IMG/VR virus record: IMGVR_UViG_3300012210_000001
Location: 1 to 58,965 of that record
Strand: one strand, 5' to 3'
Origin: a virus
Lineage: Duplodnaviria; Caudoviricetes
DNA length: 58,965 nucleotides
Shown: positions 41,631-51,776 of the stretch, in pieces
Position numbering within the stretch: the stretch's first letter is position 1
Layout: each line of letters begins with the position of its first letter
The notes under the pieces: generated by a model
The model's database searches: none
Seen by the model: the letters and a program-made list of their open reading frames with translations, nothing else
What the model was told of the DNA's origin: nothing
Program-made: the position numbers and the translations under genes

Positions 41631-42041
41631 GTGTCTCAATATGTCTATAGTAAATTAACTGGAAATGGATCGTTTAGGCCAGATAATATCTGTCGTGATA
41701 AGTATTATGAGCCGTGCCGCTATTGCAGTAGTAAAGATGGGATTTGGGCTTATTATCAATATCAAGACTGGCGAAAATATAGCCAGCGACATATTTTGGT
41801 TTCCTATTATAGAAGCAGATATAAGATCAGTAAAACTGAAGCAGATGCCATGGTTAACCCGGACCATGTATTCTATTATTACAGATTTTACTGTGATCAA
41901 TGTAAGGCTAAATATCTGGAATGCCCTATTCTTGGCGCTAATAGTATGGATGATGACGGTGAAAGCGCTGTTGAGCAAGCGACAAGTTCTTGGAACAATC
42001 GAATTCTGGATCAAGGCAAACTACTCTATTGGGAAAGATAG
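41631..42041 (+). CDS. Lar-like Zn-finger protein
   Basis: PCRYC...FYCDQCKA...A.SSWNNR. Confidence 0.5.
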   Translation: MSQYVYSKLTGNGSFRPDNICRDKYYEPCRYCSSKDGIWAYYQYQDWRKYSQRHILVSYYRSRYKISKTEADAMVNPDHVFYYYRFYCDQCKAKYLECPILGANSMDDDGESAVEQATSSWNNRILDQGKLLYWER

Positions 42042-42060
42042 TCTCATGCCTAACCTCACG

Positions 42061-42112
42061 AATGCATAATTATGCATTATAACTTGACTATTCTGCATAA
42101 TTGATATAATAT
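42061..42112 (+). promoter_or_regulatory. terL promoter with 18-bp palindrome
   Basis: aatgcataattatgcatt (42061-42078) is a perfect palindrome; TTGACT at 42084; TATAAT/TAATAT at 42105-42112; no SD before ATG 42120. Confidence 0.6.
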
Positions 42113-42119
42113 ATGCATC

Positions 42120-43754
42120 ATGCGCGGACATGCGAATAGAATACAACTCATCGAAAATAAGATTATTAATCTCAATCTTGCTTCTCAAGAAAAGTTACCC
42201 CATAAAGAAGACCTCCGAGACTTCATGGCTTTTCAGCAATACTTCTTTCCTTTATTAGAAGGTCAAGAGTTTGTCATTTCTAAGCCGATTTGTCGAGAAC
42301 CTCATCAACTTCAATTAGCTCAGTTAGCTGACCGCATTATTCATCATGATGTTGATCGGTTAATAGTCAATATTCCACCCAGCTATGGTAAAACCACATG
42401 GGCGGTTATGTTGGCAGCCTATGGATTAGGGTTTTACCCTCGCAGCCGCTTTATCTATATTTCTTACTCTGCTGGCGTAGCCATTACTCAATCCACTAAG
42501 ATTCGATGCATTGTTGAATTACCTCAGTTTCAGCAAATCTTTGGCGTTGAATTGTCTCAACATACCCGTGGCAAAGAATTCTTTATCACCAATCATAATG
42601 GGATGGTTTATGCGGCGGGTTCTGAGGGTACTATTACTTCTAAACATGCGGGATTAGCGCATATTGAAGAATTTGGCGGATGTATCTTCATTGATGACTT
42701 CCATAAGCCGAATGAGGTACACAGTGACACTATTCGAGATCGACAGAATGAGAACTTTCATAAAACCATTCGGAGCCGCTTAAATAACCGTAAAACACCC
42801 ATTATATTCATTGGTCAACGCTTACATGAAGGTGATTTACCTGCATTACTCATGGGGGGTAAATTTGATACCCATACTTGGGAAAGGTTTATCTTAGAAG
42901 CCCTTGATCCGGCTGGAAATGCATTAGACCCCAGCAAACATACTAAAGAAGAGTTGATTAAGCTGCGAGAGATTAATGAATATGTTTATTCAGCCCAATA
43001 TCAACAGAATCCTCAACCTGCCGGAGGCGGTATCTTTAAACGGGATAAGATTACAGTACTAGATCAAATACCCAACAATATTATTACCACCTTCATTACG
43101 GTTGATACGGCTGAGACGGCTAAAACTTACAATGATGCCACGGCCTTTGGGTTTTGGGGTCTATATAAGCTCAAACAGAACAATAAAGAAACCGATACGA
43201 TTGCATTAGTATGGCTGGATGCCTGGGAGATTTGGGTTGAGCCATGCGATCTTGAAAGCAAATTTATGCAATTCTATTATCAGTGCGCCAGGTTCCACGT
43301 AGAACCTAAAATCATTGGTGTTGAAAAGAAGTCTACTGGAACTACTCTGCTGTCTACATTACAGAAATTGCCGGGTCTAACCGTTATTGACACCATCCCT
43401 CACCGTACCACGGGTAAATATCAAATAGCGGGAAATTTGAACGAAGATATTAAGATCGCTATGACCCGTTCCAATAAGATTGAGGGCTTCTTATCCTGCC
43501 AAAGTTATGTCCATTCTGGGCGTGTTTCGGTGATGAACAACATATTTGATGCAAATGGAGAGGAATTATGTATAAATCACTTGACAAAAATAACAGCAAA
43601 TGATACACATATACGCGATGACCTGGCCGATACGCTGAGAGATGCAATTAATATGGGTTTAATGTCTGATTATGTTCTGAACTTCTCAAATTATGCACAT
43701 ATACAGACTGTCATCAAAGGTTATAAAGGCACACTAAAAAGAGCACGAAATTGA
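42120..43754 (+). CDS. terL: Terminase large subunit
   Basis: Walker A NIPPSYGKT, Walker B IFIDDFHK, IGQRLHEGD, AQYQQNP, nuclease VDTA...DD..D. Confidence 0.95.
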   Translation: MRGHANRIQLIENKIINLNLASQEKLPHKEDLRDFMAFQQYFFPLLEGQEFVISKPICREPHQLQLAQLADRIIHHDVDRLIVNIPPSYGKTTWAVMLAAYGLGFYPRSRFIYISYSAGVAITQSTKIRCIVELPQFQQIFGVELSQHTRGKEFFITNHNGMVYAAGSEGTITSKHAGLAHIEEFGGCIFIDDFHKPNEVHSDTIRDRQNENFHKTIRSRLNNRKTPIIFIGQRLHEGDLPALLMGGKFDTHTWERFILEALDPAGNALDPSKHTKEELIKLREINEYVYSAQYQQNPQPAGGGIFKRDKITVLDQIPNNIITTFITVDTAETAKTYNDATAFGFWGLYKLKQNNKETDTIALVWLDAWEIWVEPCDLESKFMQFYYQCARFHVEPKIIGVEKKSTGTTLLSTLQKLPGLTVIDTIPHRTTGKYQIAGNLNEDIKIAMTRSNKIEGFLSCQSYVHSGRVSVMNNIFDANGEELCINHLTKITANDTHIRDDLADTLRDAINMGLMSDYVLNFSNYAHIQTVIKGYKGTLKRARN

Positions 43755-46090
43755 CAGAAGCCGCTGACCAATACAGTAATGACGATACCGAAGATTCCCT
43801 GCTGTCTCGCTTAACCCGCGCTGTTGAAGACTGGATGGATTGGTTTAAACCCAATAATAGCCGCTATCGACAAGCGCAAGACTTTCTCTTTGAAAGCAAT
43901 ATCAATCGCACTGAATCAGCCACATTGACCGAACTACAGCGCCCAGAAATACAAGCAAATGTATTAAATGCGTTCTATACCCATCTTTTGGGCGAGTTTG
44001 CAAAGAATACGCCATGTCCCATGGTTCAACCTGCGGCGGGTGATCCGAGCCTAGCCCCGCAAGTGGAAGTGGTTGAGAATCACATGCGCTATATCTTTGA
44101 CAGTACAAAAAATTGTCAAGTGAATCTATTTGGTAATATGCTGTCCGGTGGATTTGCCATTGGCAAGGTTAAGACTAAATACGTCAATGATAAGAGCTTT
44201 GATCAAATGCTGGAGTTTGATATTGTCCGTGATAATACCCTGGCTGGCTTTGATCCCTTAGCCCGTAAGCGTCATAAAGGCGATGGCAAGTATTATTTTG
44301 AGCTTTATCCCAAACCCAAGGAAGAGGTTGAAGAGGAATACGGCATTACCATCAAAGACAGTGCCTTTAGTGCGATGCCCAGCGATGGTTTCTCATGGTT
44401 CTACACGCAAGGCTATGGAAAGAGTAAACAGAAGATTGTCATGGTCTGTGATTATTATGAGAAGAAATACAAGTATAAAATGCTGTATTTAATCTCAGAC
44501 CCTACCCATCCTGACCAACAGAAAACCATTACCCGCGAAGAATACAAGCACTTAGTGGCTGAGATTGAAGACCAAGGATTAATGGTTCAACCCCCTCAGA
44601 TTATTAAGAAAGGCAAGCGTAAACAAGTCACCATTCATAATTACAAATTTATTGCCAGCCAAGTCTTAGAAGATGAGGAAATGGACTATAGCTTTCTGCC
44701 CGGTGTATTCTTTGATGGCAATTCAGCATGGATGAAGAATAATATACAAATGTGCATCCCTTATATCTGGTATGCCATGGATATGCAACGGGCTAAGAAT
44801 GTGTGTTTGCAGCATATTATCAATGAAATTGAAAATATGCGCATGACGGATGTATTGATACCCAAAGAGGCTTTACCTGCTGAAGAGGAATACCAAGAAG
44901 CCTGGTTAAACCCTCAAAAGACCAATGCGGCTTTAATCTATAATCAATTTCCGCAAGCGAATAATAGTAATGGACAACCTTTAAATGCCCCTCAAGTTAT
45001 TCCACGGGGTCAGGTCAGTCAAAGCGTCATTAGCATGTTTGAAGCGGCTGATCATACGATCCAAATGATTTTGGGTAGCTATGATGCGCAACAAGGTCAA
45101 CAGAATAATATGAGTGGTGCCGCTATTGAAGCGGGAGCTACCCAAAGCAATAATGCATCGCGTCCTTATATTATCAATTATGCCGAATGCATGAGCCAAG
45201 TGTTAACTATTCTAGTGGATTTATTTCCCAAATATATCACCACTGCACGCACTATTCCTATTATGGATAAAGATGGTCAGCGTGACTTTATTCGAGTCAA
45301 TGATTCGGTTCAGAATCCACAATATAAACTGGAATATGAGATTAATGATTTACAAGTTGAAGTGCAGATGAATGCTACTTTTGAAGTCCAACGAACTAAA
45401 TTCTTAGATACGGTGACGAATCTTATGAAGATTTGCCCACCGATTAATGAGTTTGTCGCTTCACCGGATGGCATTATGCTGATATTGGATAATATCGAGG
45501 TTAAAGATATCTCGCTGTTTAAAGAGAAATTCAGTGCGTTCTATCAGAAGCAAGAAGCCCAGAAACAACAGCAACAGCAAATGGCTATGCAAATGAATCC
45601 TGAAGTGAATAAACTGAAGATTGCCCAAATGAATCAGCAATCTAAACAGCAAGAATTACAAATAGACATGCAGAATAAAGAGAAAGATCGTCAAGCGGAA
45701 TTGCTGAAAACGTCTATTCAAATGCACATGGATACTCAGAAAGTGCAAGCCATGAATAATGAATCCGAAGCTAAGATTGTAGTTGCTCAGAATGAGGTGG
45801 CTATTGCAGCCCAAAGAGCGGCTTCTGAGAATCAACGTAGTCTGATTGATGGCGCAATTGCGCTGGATAAACATGCCTATGGCAAGATAGAAAGTGATCG
45901 TGCGCATGGGTTGGAACAGTCGAAACACGCGGCTGGTATATTAAAAACATTGGGAGAATTGAGTAATGAAAAAGAGCGAAATGATGCCCTCAAAAGTCAA
46001 GGGCAAAATGAAGGAGAAGCAAGCGGCGTCAATGCCGAAAGCGAAGGCCAAGGGGAAAGCCAAGAAAATGAAAGCACCGAAACGGAGTAA
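43751..46090 (+). CDS. Portal protein (P22-like)
   Basis: 779 aa directly after terL, with a Q-rich C-terminal coiled-coil region and MSGAAI motif. Confidence 0.88.
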   Translation: MTEAADQYSNDDTEDSLLSRLTRAVEDWMDWFKPNNSRYRQAQDFLFESNINRTESATLTELQRPEIQANVLNAFYTHLLGEFAKNTPCPMVQPAAGDPSLAPQVEVVENHMRYIFDSTKNCQVNLFGNMLSGGFAIGKVKTKYVNDKSFDQMLEFDIVRDNTLAGFDPLARKRHKGDGKYYFELYPKPKEEVEEEYGITIKDSAFSAMPSDGFSWFYTQGYGKSKQKIVMVCDYYEKKYKYKMLYLISDPTHPDQQKTITREEYKHLVAEIEDQGLMVQPPQIIKKGKRKQVTIHNYKFIASQVLEDEEMDYSFLPGVFFDGNSAWMKNNIQMCIPYIWYAMDMQRAKNVCLQHIINEIENMRMTDVLIPKEALPAEEEYQEAWLNPQKTNAALIYNQFPQANNSNGQPLNAPQVIPRGQVSQSVISMFEAADHTIQMILGSYDAQQGQQNNMSGAAIEAGATQSNNASRPYIINYAECMSQVLTILVDLFPKYITTARTIPIMDKDGQRDFIRVNDSVQNPQYKLEYEINDLQVEVQMNATFEVQRTKFLDTVTNLMKICPPINEFVASPDGIMLILDNIEVKDISLFKEKFSAFYQKQEAQKQQQQQMAMQMNPEVNKLKIAQMNQQSKQQELQIDMQNKEKDRQAELLKTSIQMHMDTQKVQAMNNESEAKIVVAQNEVAIAAQRAASENQRSLIDGAIALDKHAYGKIESDRAHGLEQSKHAAGILKTLGELSNEKERNDALKSQGQNEGEASGVNAESEGQGESQENESTETE

Positions 46091-46109
46091 AGATTATGGC
46101 GCATATTAA
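45966..46109 (+). CDS. Small K/M-rich basic protein overlapping the portal 3' end (47 aa)
   Basis: GGAG RBS; MKKSEMMPSKVKGKMKEKQAASMPKAKAKGKAKKMKAPKRSKDYGAY*. Confidence 0.55.
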   Translation: MKKSEMMPSKVKGKMKEKQAASMPKAKAKGKAKKMKAPKRSKDYGAY

Positions 46110-46239
46110 GAAACCAAATGAATCGAATAAACCAAATACAAAGCAAAACTTCGGCCATAAATTAAAATCATTGATTGATAATTCAGCCAATGGTATGGAA
46201 AAGTTACGTCAGAAAATGGTCGGCAAACGGGGTAAATAA
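46096..46239 (+). CDS. Small basic protein (47 aa)
   Basis: GGAG RBS; MAHIKKPNES...KMVGKRGK*; coupled to the next gene by TAATG. Confidence 0.55.
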   Translation: MAHIKKPNESNKPNTKQNFGHKLKSLIDNSANGMEKLRQKMVGKRGK

Positions 46240-46478
46240 TGGCAAAACTCACGGCTAAGAAAAGAAATGCATTGAAGAGTAACACATTTGGATTGCCCGG
46301 TGAACGTAAATATCCAATGCCAAATAAAAGTCATGCCGCGAATGCCAAAGCACGCGCTTCTCAGCAGGTTAAGAAAGGCAATCTTTCTTCGGCTGAGAAA
46401 GCCAAGATCGACCGTAAGGCTGATCGTATTTTAGGGGAGTCGAAAGGCTCAAAATCTAAATCTAAGAAGAGGAAATAA
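46239..46478 (+). CDS. Small basic phage protein (DUF6582-like)
   Basis: LTAKKRNAL..TFGLPGERKYPMPNKSHAANAKARA. Confidence 0.8.
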   Translation: MAKLTAKKRNALKSNTFGLPGERKYPMPNKSHAANAKARASQQVKKGNLSSAEKAKIDRKADRILGESKGSKSKSKKRK

Positions 46479-46480
46479 TC

Positions 46481-46624
46481 ATGAGTGGAATGAAAAGTTG
46501 GCCGATTGAAGAGCCAAAAACAGGTGGAAAAACCTGCGATCCTGAACAACGGGCTAAAAAAATGTCTCCGGCTCAATCCGGTGGCTTTACCCCGATGATC
46601 ATTAAAAAGGTAGTGAAGTCTTAA
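46481..46624 (+). CDS. Small hypothetical protein (47 aa)
   Basis: GAGG RBS; MSGMKSWPIEEPK...KVVKS*. Confidence 0.5.
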   Translation: MSGMKSWPIEEPKTGGKTCDPEQRAKKMSPAQSGGFTPMIIKKVVKS

Positions 46625-46637
46625 TTGTATATAATAC

Positions 46638-46826
46638 TTGACAAATTAAAAATAATTAAGTATTATATTCAATGTCTCTCTCTGTGATGGGTTCTTAGGA
46701 TTAAGGCCCATCACCGCCACCCCAGCGTAGTGGGGTATTACCGACAATGCACGGGTAAATGCGTTCCGAACTTCACGGTATGAAGGTGTTAGCGTGACGG
46801 CGTAAATAGTCATATAGAGGTATCGT
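46638..46826 (+). promoter_or_regulatory. Promoter and structured 5' leader of the scaffold/coat operon
   Basis: TTGACA - 17 nt - TATTAT, followed by about 150 nt of GC-richer hairpins. Confidence 0.65.
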
Positions 46827-47624
46827 ATGCAACAAGAGCAAAGTTTAGGTAGCGCAGTTCCTAATAGTGGAGCAGCGCCCGTTTCAGTAGCAAGTCAACC
46901 GAATGAAAGTACGGCGGCTCCAGTAGCACGTCCTACGTATTCGGAAGATCAGCAAACGCATTTGAATAGTTTAATTGGTGCGGCTAAGAAAGAAGGTTAT
47001 GAGAAGGCTTTGAGAGAACGACATGAACAGACGGGACACCAAGCCCCAGTTCAACCCGTTCCGTCTTATGTCCCTCCTCATCAACCCGTTCAGCAGCCTT
47101 ATCAAGCACCGATTGATCCTCAAGTGCTTCAGCAAATGATTGATACATCCACTGAGGCTAAATTTAAAGAAAAGCTTCAGCAGGTGCAGCAAGAGTTTGC
47201 TACTAAGAGACGGCAAGAAGAAGCGAATGAACTGACCAATAATCTATTACCGAAAGTCAATGCAGCGCGTGAAAAATTCGCTGATTTTGACAAGAAAGTA
47301 GATTTTGAGGCATTTCAAGGTGATGAATGGTATAGGAATTTGAGTCAAATAGATAATGCAGGTGAAGTGATGTATGCCTTAGTGGATAGTCCATCACAAT
47401 TTACCTCATTAGAACTTTTACTCAACAGTGGAAATAAAGCGAAAATAGCAATGGCTAAGAATAAAATCCAACAACTCTCTACCAGTATGAAGAACAATGA
47501 ATCATCTGCTTCTAAGAAAGTCGCTAATGAACCGCTCAAAGACGTACGACCCTCCAAAGTAAATAGCAGCGGTGACGTTAATCTGACTAAAGCAGCCCGT
47601 GAGAAATACGCTCGACAGTTTTAA
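46827..47624 (+). CDS. Scaffolding protein (putative)
   Basis: Lies between portal and coat; P/Q-rich N-terminus; helical region with KFADFD and AGEVMYAL motifs. Confidence 0.75.
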   Translation: MQQEQSLGSAVPNSGAAPVSVASQPNESTAAPVARPTYSEDQQTHLNSLIGAAKKEGYEKALRERHEQTGHQAPVQPVPSYVPPHQPVQQPYQAPIDPQVLQQMIDTSTEAKFKEKLQQVQQEFATKRRQEEANELTNNLLPKVNAAREKFADFDKKVDFEAFQGDEWYRNLSQIDNAGEVMYALVDSPSQFTSLELLLNSGNKAKIAMAKNKIQQLSTSMKNNESSASKKVANEPLKDVRPSKVNSSGDVNLTKAAREKYARQF

Positions 47625-47708
47625 ACTATTGAGCTTCTAACGGTAATGCGCTCTGGTGATTAGACCCGCTGTTAATAGTGATCATTATTAACATTCGAGG
47701 TTTTTACA

Positions 47709-48974
47709 ATGCCACAAGCATTACCAGCAGATAATATTTTACAAAACGTGCAGACTTACCAAAAGTCTGATTTAGGCCCATTATACATTTGTAATCCGTT
47801 GATCTTTACGGCTAACAAAATGTTTGATGATTTCCAGAATTTCTCGGGAAACTTAGGCGACAGTGTTACTTTTGACAAACCATTGAAATTGGTGGGTACG
47901 GATTCGTTAGTCGCTAACTTTGAACGTATCCAACAGCGCACCCAAACATTAACAGTTGATAAAGAGTTCAGCGTTGCTATTCAAGGTAATGCACAGCAAT
48001 TCATTTTCAATATTGATGCATATATGGATCGCCTGGGTTTGCCAGCCATTCGACGTATTGGTGGACGTATTTCACAAGACGTTGCGCTTTTAGCTGAAAC
48101 CAATACCTACCGTTGCTATGGGGACGGACGCAGTCCCGTAAATTCTTTTGCGCAATTAGATGCGGCACTAGAGTCCATGCGAGACTATGGGGACGCAGGT
48201 TATCCAACCCGTGGTTATTTACCTTCTACTGTTATTTCAGCCATTATCAATTCCGGTATTAATCAATTTGTACCTGAACGTAATGAAGAAATTGCGCAGA
48301 CTTGGATGTTGGGTGACTTTGCAGCGTGTTCATGGTATCGCGTTACCAATATGCCAAAACACATGTCCGGTGAATTCGGTACTGTTGATCCCGCTACTTT
48401 AGCATTGACTGTGAGTGCAATTAGTCCAGACGGTTCTACATTGACCATGACCAGTGCAGGTGGTAGCCATACCCAAGCATTAGCGGCTTATGATATTTTG
48501 ACGCTTGACCCTAATAATGCTGTTGGCGCTTTCTTCTTGCAGTTCTCGCAATTCAATACCACCTCTCAGAAAATACAAGTAGCTGTTCAAGCGGATGCCA
48601 CTTCTTCGGGTGGTACTGTTACAGCCACTATTTTCCCCGCATTGATCTCCGGTGTGGATCAACCCGACAATAACAACAAAAACATTAACGTGTCTTTGGC
48701 TTCTTTAGTCGGCGCAACCGTAACCACAACCGCCAGTCATAATGTGGGCTTCATTACGGGCGGTAATGCATTGTACATCGCGATGCCGCGTTTGCCGGAC
48801 CAATTTCCATTTCCATCCAGCCAAGAAGTGGATGATGAGACGGGTGTTTCGATGCGTGTTTACTACGGTAATATTCCAACACAAAACGTATATGGTTTAG
48901 TCCATGACGTAATTTGGGGTAAAACCTTGGTACAAGAGTATGCCATGCGTTTAGCTTTCCCATTGGTGAGCTAA
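47709..48974 (+). CDS. Major capsid protein (P22 coat-like)
   Basis: 421 aa; NLGDSVTFDKP, insertion domain, TGVSMRVYYG, HDVIWG. Confidence 0.9.
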   Translation: MPQALPADNILQNVQTYQKSDLGPLYICNPLIFTANKMFDDFQNFSGNLGDSVTFDKPLKLVGTDSLVANFERIQQRTQTLTVDKEFSVAIQGNAQQFIFNIDAYMDRLGLPAIRRIGGRISQDVALLAETNTYRCYGDGRSPVNSFAQLDAALESMRDYGDAGYPTRGYLPSTVISAIINSGINQFVPERNEEIAQTWMLGDFAACSWYRVTNMPKHMSGEFGTVDPATLALTVSAISPDGSTLTMTSAGGSHTQALAAYDILTLDPNNAVGAFFLQFSQFNTTSQKIQVAVQADATSSGGTVTATIFPALISGVDQPDNNNKNINVSLASLVGATVTTTASHNVGFITGGNALYIAMPRLPDQFPFPSSQEVDDETGVSMRVYYGNIPTQNVYGLVHDVIWGKTLVQEYAMRLAFPLVS

Positions 48975-48977
48975 TAC

Positions 48978-49691
48978 TTGATGAATATAACGGCAAACCA
49001 ACTGATTCTACAAGCCTATTATCTGGCCGATATTGTCGGACTGGATTTTGAAACGGCTTCTGGTTCTCAGAAATTGGTGGGTTTGCAGTTATTGAACGGC
49101 ATCTTAGGCGAGGTTGCTTTAGATGCCGTTTTCATCCCTTATTTTACACATCAGACATTCAATACGGTTCGTGGTACCGAAATATATGTGATACCGAATT
49201 TAATTGAAGTCAGTACGATGACTTACAATTTGAATGATTCTGTCCGCTATTCTTTAACACGTGAAAGCATCAACCGTTATTTTGGTTGGGCGCGTGTGAA
49301 TAATCTCATTTCATTACCCTCTAAGTATACCGTAGAACGTGAACATAATGCCACTAAGATATATATGTATCCTATTCCCGATAAGGAATATGTGGTTAAT
49401 ATCACGGGTAAATTCATGCTATCGGATGTTACCGAAGGCCAAGTCCTAACCGATACGTATGATGTTTATTATTTAAAATGGTTGAAATACCGTTTAGCCT
49501 TAGAATTATGTCAAATCAATGGTAAACAACTCAATCCGGATGCGGCTCTGCAATTGGCTAATTTAGAACGTAGAGTCAATAAATTGGTGGGTACCGATTT
49601 AAGCATTAACAAATTCTCCTTAATTGCGAAACGGGCTGGACGTGGGGATGCTTATATGCAAGCTAACTTCCCATCGGCATGGTGGCCTTAA
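48978..49691 (+). CDS. Head-tail adaptor (P22 gp4-like position)
   Basis: TANQLI..AY.L...GLQLLN..L; YPIPD; LKYRLALELC. Confidence 0.75.
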   Translation: MMNITANQLILQAYYLADIVGLDFETASGSQKLVGLQLLNGILGEVALDAVFIPYFTHQTFNTVRGTEIYVIPNLIEVSTMTYNLNDSVRYSLTRESINRYFGWARVNNLISLPSKYTVEREHNATKIYMYPIPDKEYVVNITGKFMLSDVTEGQVLTDTYDVYYLKWLKYRLALELCQINGKQLNPDAALQLANLERRVNKLVGTDLSINKFSLIAKRAGRGDAYMQANFPSAWWP

Positions 49692-51139
49692 TGGTCATGA
49701 GTAATACCCCTCAAACTATCCCTATTAAGATCGTGGGTGGCAGTACTTTTGCACGCTATCCTAAAATAACCAATGAAAAAACGGTTAATATGATGGTGAC
49801 ATCGGAGAACGATATCAAAGCTTTGGTAGACAATTCAGGTTATTGCAAAGACATTGATTTTGTACCCGGTGAACCGCGCGCTTTATACGTCAGTGTTCGT
49901 TTGAATTCTCTGATTGCGGTTATCGGCAATGTTGTCTATGCCATTACGCCGAGTCTGGATTTTCACGAAGTAGGTTTATTGGATTCGTTTAAGGGCGATG
50001 TATACATTACTGAAAACTTAGCCAGTCAAATTGGTATTGTTGATAACTTAGCCTTATATATCTATAACTACAGCAATAATACATTTGTCCGTGTGGATAT
50101 TCCCGATGTCACTCCGGCTTATATTGCATTCTTAGATACGTATTACATTGTAACGGATTCAAATCGAAACTTTTGGCAACTCAGTAACAGTGATGATGGT
50201 TATACTTATAATGCCTTAATGATCGGCTTTCTACAAACGGCACCGGACGAATTACAAGCGGTTGTTCCGTTGAACAGAACCCTATGGGTTATGGGTAAGA
50301 AGGTATCGGAATTATGGAATGATAATCCTACGGGATATAACGCTTCGGGTATTGGCAATCCAGTCTCCTTTCCTTTCCAACGCAATAATTCTATATCCAT
50401 CAATTATGGCGTATTGTCAGTACCCACCATTTGTGTTGGCTTTGATCGGTTGATTTGGTTAGCGTTCAATGCGGAAGCAGGGCCAACCATCGTCTATACG
50501 GAAGGTGGCCCCGTCAAAGATTTGTCAACGGATGGACTGGACTACATTCTAAAAAATATCATTCGTTTTCCAGAACAATCGAGCGCGACATTACGTGAAG
50601 AGAACGGCCATATTATTTATCAACTGACTTTCTTTAATCCGATGGATAATCTCAGTATTCAATATGATTTCAGTTCTGAATTGTGGAGTCATTGCACAGA
50701 TGAACGTCAGAACTTTCACATTATGAAAGAATTGGCTTATTTTAACAATCAATATTACTTCATTAATTTTGATGAGACTGATCCGGGTCTTTATTTACTA
50801 AGCGCTCAATTAACCACTTACAATGGTGCGAATATCCCACGTATTCGTATATGCCCACCATTGCAATATAAAGATAAAAAGTTTGTGGTTAAACAAGTGG
50901 AATTGCAGATGGAACAGGGCGAAAGTGATGATGAGCGTCAGATTGATTTGTCCCTTTCTAAAGACGGTGGTGAACGATTTGGAAATAAGGTTCGTTATAC
51001 CATGCTTCCGGTAGGTCATCGTAAAGGCCAGGTGCATTTTTGGAATTTAGGCATGGCGAATGATTTGCGTTTACAGTTTGAATTCTTATCGCCTGGACGC
51101 TTTGTAGTGATTGATGGGACAGCGGAGATACGAGTATGA
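49691..51139 (+). CDS. Packaged-DNA stabilisation / tail hub protein (P22 gp10-like)
   Basis: Beta-propeller-like composition; C-terminal LSLSKDGG..FGN...WNLGMA. Confidence 0.85.
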   Translation: MVMSNTPQTIPIKIVGGSTFARYPKITNEKTVNMMVTSENDIKALVDNSGYCKDIDFVPGEPRALYVSVRLNSLIAVIGNVVYAITPSLDFHEVGLLDSFKGDVYITENLASQIGIVDNLALYIYNYSNNTFVRVDIPDVTPAYIAFLDTYYIVTDSNRNFWQLSNSDDGYTYNALMIGFLQTAPDELQAVVPLNRTLWVMGKKVSELWNDNPTGYNASGIGNPVSFPFQRNNSISINYGVLSVPTICVGFDRLIWLAFNAEAGPTIVYTEGGPVKDLSTDGLDYILKNIIRFPEQSSATLREENGHIIYQLTFFNPMDNLSIQYDFSSELWSHCTDERQNFHIMKELAYFNNQYYFINFDETDPGLYLLSAQLTTYNGANIPRIRICPPLQYKDKKFVVKQVELQMEQGESDDERQIDLSLSKDGGERFGNKVRYTMLPVGHRKGQVHFWNLGMANDLRLQFEFLSPGRFVVIDGTAEIRV

Positions 51140-51765
51140 ATGTACTTACTTTTCCATCCACATCAAAACCTTTAAAAGTATCTTCTAAATTGAAAGTCAG
51201 TCCTCAATTGAATAGTCTGGTGGGAGAAATGGAATTGAATGAAGACTTCTTCAATTTCTTTTCCATGAATACGCAAGAACAACAATTATTCTTTTCTCAA
51301 GACGGTCATTTGGTTCCTACTCGGACTAATGATGAATTGGTGGGGCCTAATTCACTCAGCACGTCACAATATACAGCCCGTTTTGCTTATAACGGCACTA
51401 CTGAAAACCACATGGCGAATACGGCGGGTGAATTCAAGAATATCAGTATGAATCAGTTAAGCACCCGTGCGGCTATTGTAGCAGCCATACCGATGCCTGA
51501 CCGAATTGAGCAATACGGTGATGAGAATAAATTGCTGTATACCAATGTGAATGGAACCACCTTTCAAAATCTAACCGTGGGTTTAAGTTTTCCGATGCAG
51601 TTTGCAACGGATGGTACTACCTTATCACTCAATATTAATGGCACTCCATCGAATGTTCCGATATCGGCTCCCACATGTGTTGTTCACTTCGATTCATTTG
51701 ATGGCACTAATTTATTTTTAACAATTAACGGCGATCCTAGAAAAATAGTTACGGCAGCACCGTAA
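51136..51765 (+). CDS. Tail-module structural protein
   Basis: Synteny; ATGA translational coupling. Confidence 0.6.
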   Translation: MNVLTFPSTSKPLKVSSKLKVSPQLNSLVGEMELNEDFFNFFSMNTQEQQLFFSQDGHLVPTRTNDELVGPNSLSTSQYTARFAYNGTTENHMANTAGEFKNISMNQLSTRAAIVAAIPMPDRIEQYGDENKLLYTNVNGTTFQNLTVGLSFPMQFATDGTTLSLNINGTPSNVPISAPTCVVHFDSFDGTNLFLTINGDPRKIVTAAP

Positions 51766-51776
51766 GGGGAAATAGA

